Below are positions 59,427 through 64,000 of a DNA stretch of 64,000 nucleotides, one piece after another. The notes under the pieces are model-generated. The model saw nothing but the letters and a program-made list of their open reading frames with translations, made no database searches and had not been told where the DNA came from. The translations under genes and the position numbers were made by a program. The stretch lies in assembly GCA_963934255.1 (NCBI GenBank), contig CAWVXU010000002.1:29094-93093 (forward strand), in the 5' to 3' direction. Position 1 is the stretch's first letter. The number at the start of each line of letters is the position of its first letter. Origin of the DNA: an uncultured Fibrobacterales bacterium. Lineage in GTDB: Bacteria; Fibrobacterota; Fibrobacteria; Fibrobacterales; CAWVXU01.

Positions 59427-60215
59427 GTATTTGATGGCTTAGGATTTGATGAATTCGCTATTGTCGCCATTCTTGCAGGCCTCTTTTTTAAAAAGGGCGA
59501 TGTCAATCAAGCCATTAGATGGTGGAAGAAAACAAGGTCCAAACTAAGTAATTGGCAATTTGATATAGAAGAGCAAATTGATTATTATACTCAAGATGGC
59601 ATGCAAAGTGCACTGGATTCACTCCATAAATTTCACATTACTAAAGAATCTACAGAGTCGGGAAATACAATTGCGACTCACAAGACTGTTGAGATAGGTA
59701 GCCCCTCCCTAATTGAAGAGCAAGTGGATATATCTAAACGTCAACTAGAAGAGAAGCTACAACTTCGGCAACAAAAAGAAGCTTGTCTCCAACAATCAGA
59801 AAATTTAGTTGAGCTAATAACAGATCACGAGTCTTTTCAAAATGCGACCTCTCTACTTGTATACTCTCAGGAAGATATTTTACAAATACCCAATCTCGAC
59901 CTACTCTACTTTCAAGCAGAAAAAGAAAATAAAAAAATCTATTATCTAAACAGTATTGATTGGATAGATTAAGATATTGACCTTGTGATACTGCCTTCCA
60001 ATAAAGCCAACCCTTATGGTGAAAGCGACTACGAAGGCGAAGACATCTTCACTCGCGAAATTAAAAATCTGAAAAAACGACCCAAGATTATAAGCGCCAT
60101 TTACACATTCAATTACATCTTGAGTGATATTGACATGGGTTTCAATAGTTTAGTTTTAGAATTTGTGGTGCATCCCATCAAAGGTGTTGTTTGCATCAAA
60201 GTAGGCTCTGAATAA
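59427..60215 (+). pseudogene. Interrupted TatB-like N-terminus fused to a 5-formyl-THF cyclo-ligase-like domain
   Basis: One frame from GTA 59427 (VFDGLGFDEFAIVAILAGLFF) through ORFs 59601 and 59985, with a single TAA at 59970-72. Confidence 0.65.
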
Positions 60216-60267
60216 AAAAGGTAAACATAGGCTTTCCTTGAGCAATTATTTCAAACTATAAGTTTGA

Positions 60268-60498
60268 CTAAAGTTTAAAACCTACAGGTGATATCATTGT
60301 GATCACATTATTACGCTCTGTCTGTGCATTTACATAATGGAACTCTACACCCATGCTCATGTAATAAAAATTGATGATCACTTCCATGTTTGTACCAACA
60401 TAACCGTCTATTCCATTTTCTATAACTTGACGATTCTTCATTGACAGGGCATTTTCATTCCAAGTATAATCTTCAAATTCGTGGACAATCGTCGTCAT
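60268..60498 (-). other. Short ORF, possibly a C-terminal fragment of a beta-barrel gene
   Basis: 76 aa with alternating strands, ending VGFKL; no signal peptide. Confidence 0.3.
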
Positions 60499-60552
60499 TA
60501 ATTAAATGTTAGTCACGATCTTATTTTTGAAAAATTAATACTATACCTGAAG

Positions 60553-61518
60553 CTACTTAAAATAGTACCCTACACTTAAAGTCCAATTACTTCCCCCTGA
60601 TAGTGATGCATTATCATCAATGTGGTAAGATTGTAGCAACGGTATACTAAGTCCCAAAAGCATTGTATACTGATCCCATCTCCATTGAGTAGAGGTTATG
60701 GCAGACCATGACTCTCCGCCACGATTAGCTTTCAAAAAGCCGTAGGATTTATCTCTACCACTATGGTCATAGGATGTTCCAAGTTTAATGTTGTAAGAAT
60801 AGTAGCGCCATTGATCATAAAACAACAGAGAGGTTTGAAAGCTTTTTTGATCACCTCGTTTATACTCTAAAGCATTAGTTGAATTCATTAAATACATAGC
60901 CTCTGTGTGAAGTCCATATTTGAAATATCTCAATGTATGTTTAAAAGATGAGTAATACCCGTGAGCACCCACGCCTAATTGAAAGTTTTCATTGTGTTTA
61001 TTCCCATTCTTATCAAAGGAGTTGGACTCTCCTAAGGGGATTTGAACACCCAAAGAACTACTCAAATGATTTGATATCACTTTTTTATAGCCTGGTTCGG
61101 ACGTAAGTATGAACCATTGAATCTGAAATAAAGGGTCGCCGAAACCATATAAGCTTTCTTCAGTTTCACTTGAGACTACCGTTTGATATTTAATAGGTTG
61201 ATTCCATGCAATTCTAAATTTTTCATTAATAGCTAGGTTGACCAAATAGTCGAATTGGTGATACTTGTCCTTTGAATATTCATTGGCTAAATAATTACCG
61301 CCGCTGTTCCTATTTTCGGTTGTCCAATCAACTTTTGTTTCGTATTGGTTGAAATTATAGCTTACACCAATATAGTGTTTATCAGATTCCATGTCAGAGC
61401 CAGCCAAGCTTCCACCAACTTTACACCCACAGACATCACAACCAAATGTATTTATAACCATTGATTGAATTAGGATAAGTATCGTAAATATTGCTTTAAT
61501 CATTACTCTTGTATTCAT
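60553..61518 (-). CDS. Putative outer-membrane metal transporter with CDVCGC motif
   Basis: Leader then CDVCGC; GFGDP, GVQIPLG, FQLGVG; barrel-like C-terminus. Confidence 0.75.
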   Translation of the reverse strand: MNTRVMIKAIFTILILIQSMVINTFGCDVCGCKVGGSLAGSDMESDKHYIGVSYNFNQYETKVDWTTENRNSGGNYLANEYSKDKYHQFDYLVNLAINEKFRIAWNQPIKYQTVVSSETEESLYGFGDPLFQIQWFILTSEPGYKKVISNHLSSSLGVQIPLGESNSFDKNGNKHNENFQLGVGAHGYYSSFKHTLRYFKYGLHTEAMYLMNSTNALEYKRGDQKSFQTSLLFYDQWRYYSYNIKLGTSYDHSGRDKSYGFLKANRGGESWSAITSTQWRWDQYTMLLGLSIPLLQSYHIDDNASLSGGSNWTLSVGYYFK

Positions 61519-61543
61519 TATAATAATTCCTAAATTTTTATTT

Positions 61544-62386
61544 TTAGTGTACATGATGTACAACAAATGCTTTGTTAAACTGTTTAGCAAGACTTGCACC
61601 AGGACCGGGCATATCAATATGATTTTCTTGGCTAAAATCAATGGAAGCCCCATCTAATATTTTAGCAATATCTACTACTATGTGCACGATGGGGGTCGAA
61701 CCTTGGTTAACTATTATGTTTTGGGTTAAATCAAGTTCAATAGTTATAACGTTATTCACATTCATTGGTGGCTCACCTTCTATAGGCTCTATATCTCTCC
61801 AGCCACCAATGTGATATGTTATGCCACCTTCAATTTGGTCGGTATCTGCTTCCTGGGTAGATGCCTCAGAATAACCTTCTATTTTCATTCCTATATATCC
61901 AGAGTTCCAATTCCAAAACCATGCACCACTCGCTAGATCCAAAATTCCGCCTTGAGCACCTTGTTCAACAAATTCTTCAGCAATACCCACATCAAATTGA
62001 ATTTGAGTATATTGTCCGTCTCTCAATCCCTGGAATTTTAACTTTTTAGTTTCTTGCTTACTTTCAATTATTTGGTAAAACCCCTTAACATCTTCCTTGT
62101 GTATAGACGACTGAATTCTATCACTCCAAATTTTTTGATTTGTCTGTATGAGTTTAACATTCGTGATGTAATAACCAAATTCAGTTAGGGAATACTTTTG
62201 GTCTATATTGTTTCTGTAATTAAGAACTTTAGAATTAGTTTCTTCTAGTTTTAATTCTGAGTCGCCAACGTAATGGTCAAAGTGTAATTCAAAATTACCT
62301 TGTGTGGTTAAATTATAATTTTCCGATTCACCAGAAATACATCCAATAAATACAAATACTGTTATGGTCAGAATAATCGTTTTCAT
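61544..62386 (-). CDS. MbnP-family lipoprotein
   Basis: Lipobox FIGC; YYITNVKL, WNWNSGYIGMKIEG, YHIGG. Confidence 0.8.
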   Translation of the reverse strand: MKTIILTITVFVFIGCISGESENYNLTTQGNFELHFDHYVGDSELKLEETNSKVLNYRNNIDQKYSLTEFGYYITNVKLIQTNQKIWSDRIQSSIHKEDVKGFYQIIESKQETKKLKFQGLRDGQYTQIQFDVGIAEEFVEQGAQGGILDLASGAWFWNWNSGYIGMKIEGYSEASTQEADTDQIEGGITYHIGGWRDIEPIEGEPPMNVNNVITIELDLTQNIIVNQGSTPIVHIVVDIAKILDGASIDFSQENHIDMPGPGASLAKQFNKAFVVHHVH

Positions 62387-62493
62387 GCTTCTTCCTTATT
62401 CGTAATTTACGAATTTCAATACGTTTTTAAACAACGCTAAATATATCGTTGTTAGCCAGGCTTGTTACAAATGGCTCTAGCAAGTTTAAATAC

Positions 62494-62519
62494 TATACGC
62501 TATAAATTTATAGCGTATA
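62494..62519. repeat. Perfect 26-bp palindrome
   Basis: TATACGCTATAAA|TTTATAGCGTATA. Confidence 0.9.
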
Positions 62520-62527
62520 CAAATGAT

Positions 62528-62899
62528 TTATACTGAATGGAAATGTCGAGGTGGGGGCGTAGCTACATCATAAAACATTAAGATCGTTTTATCTATTTTG
62601 ACTTCGTGATCAAAACTTGATACTCGTTTACTTAGGAATATATTTAACTGATTAGATTGAACGTACGAGGGTAGTTCAAATTGGAAAAAGCTTTGTACAG
62701 GAATATTTTTACTGGTGTTAGTTACTTCTTTGTTTAGGTAACACATGCCTTGACATTTGTTTTCCTTAGTAAACCTGCCATCACAAAGGTTTTTAATGAT
62801 TTCTGATTCATTTAAATTGAATGTTAGAACAGCATTTAAAATCGGGTTGCTTACCCATATATAAAGGATGGCAAAAACATAAACAAGAAACTTTTTCAT
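62528..62899 (-). CDS. Small Cys-containing exported protein typical of metal-uptake loci
   Basis: Hydrophobic leader; IIKNLC...KCQGMCYLNK; C-terminal TPPP. Confidence 0.75.
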   Translation of the reverse strand: MKKFLVYVFAILYIWVSNPILNAVLTFNLNESEIIKNLCDGRFTKENKCQGMCYLNKEVTNTSKNIPVQSFFQFELPSYVQSNQLNIFLSKRVSSFDHEVKIDKTILMFYDVATPPPRHFHSV

Positions 62900-63037
62900 G
62901 AACTAAATATAATTATTAACGCAGTTTGACCCTAAACTATTCAAGTTTAAATTGTCTCCAATTACAAACTAGTAATCATATTCATGATTTCTAATGAGTG
63001 TAGACAGATAGAGAATCATGTTTGACTAGCTTTAGTA

Positions 63038-63722
63038 TCAATTTAACGAAATAGTTGTCTGCAATATATGAATATCTTCAAACTTGATTATCCAACTTGT
63101 TAATAAACTATACAGTTGTTTAAACTCTGTTGATACATCGTGAAGACCTGTAAAATTACTTGTCAATTTTTTTAACCTGCATAAATTAAAATTTATCGAG
63201 TTATGAATCTTTTCAGTATTGTTGATTATTTTTAAAATATCAAGTGAGGGTTCGCTGTTCGCAAAGGTTAAGTTATACTATAAGATCTGTACCGCAGGAA
63301 AGCAAAGTCTTCTTCTAGATACATAGGAATTGATAGTTTTTGAAATAGACGTAAAATAATTTCTTCAACTTGAAGAAGGTTGGGTTTAACCCTTCCTTTA
63401 GTATTAACTACTGCGTATAAGATTGGTTTCATTGTCTTGCACTCGTCAAAATGTATCTTTTATGATACAATCACTTTTCAATTAACTCTTTTAACTCATG
63501 TGTCTAGTGAGGCAACCAAGGTTTTGATGACTCATCTATTTGAAAGACAATTGACTCATTCAAAACATGGCAAATATCAATGTTTTCTGACAAACATTTT
63601 TCTTCAATGGTTGATTTGAGCTAATCAGAAAAATTTAGACCCAAATTAAACAGGTTTTTTCCTATTTCATGGTAATTTTCTAATAAAGCTCCTGCTGTTG
63701 AGTTCAAAGTGATTGAATACAT
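63038..63722 (-). pseudogene. RIC/ScdA (YtfE)-like iron-centre repair pseudogene
   Basis: MYSITLNSTAGALLENYHEIGKNLFNLGLNFSD*LKSTIEEKCLSENIDI...; later KPNLLQVEE...MYLEEDFAF and LKKLTSNF...FKQLYSLL; stops and frameshifts. Confidence 0.7.
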
Positions 63723-63838
63723 AGAATACCTTGCTAAAAACTTTCCTATATTTAAGATAAAGTGAATAGTGTCCAGTTCAAATTACTTTAATTTAAATGA
63801 TTTTTAATTGTCATAATTATAATGGGACTATAAACGAC

Positions 63839-63870
63839 AAAAACCAACATCACAAGGAATGTTGGCTTTT
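63839..63870 (-). terminator. Putative terminator
   Basis: CCAACAT-CACAAGGA-ATGTTGG flanked by A and T tracts. Confidence 0.65.
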
Positions 63871-64000
63871 AATTAATCACCTCAGGGGTATAAATCTGGA
63901 GACGATCCCAATAAGCTTCTGATTCCTCCCTTTCCGGTCAGGAAGTTTGCCTATCTACTTCAAAGAGTAGTTCGTCATGGAATATTTTGGGTCATAAACG
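63869..64000 (-). pseudogene. Possible disrupted 3' end of a gene entering from the right
   Basis: RL*PKIFHDELLFEVDRQTS*PEREESEAYWDRLQIYTPEVIN* ends at the terminator; two internal TGA. Confidence 0.35.

Noticed and set aside
63869..64000. TGA recoding suggested by two in-frame TGA codons
   Set aside because: TGA ends intact genes here (folP, dsbD) and long genes have no internal TGA; decay or non-coding DNA is simpler

Overview
AT-rich bacterial chromosomal window. A TIGR02147/DUF4423-like gene and FCB-style envelope proteins suggest Fibrobacterota, but that placement is an inference. About 1-52 kb is mostly intact housekeeping and envelope genes: a complete TtpB/TtpC-type TonB operon with its own receptor, carB, rlpA, a PurO-like IMP cyclohydrolase, a rhomboid, a RelA/SpoT-TPR protein, gltX, Zn-ribbon/BON and WYL genes, queA, an rluB-like synthase, ppx, a B12 radical SAM, tilS-ftsH-folP-cdaA, proBA, a membrane spermidine-synthase fusion and dsbD. 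The 53-64 kb part is more unusual. It carries an acyl-CoA transferase-GNAT fusion next to a Zn-dependent deacetylase (a candidate acylation writer/eraser pair) and an MbnP-like copper module with no MbnH. It also holds several gene fossils that the ORF track misses: a dsbD::deacetylase chimera, a deletion-collapsed PPi-type PEPCK, an interrupted TatB/5-formyl-THF cyclo-ligase-like fusion and a RIC/ScdA remnant. A 52-aa ORF with a strong RBS lies at 259-417. I saw no tRNA, rRNA, CRISPR array or transposase. All family assignments come from motif recognition by eye; no database search was run.
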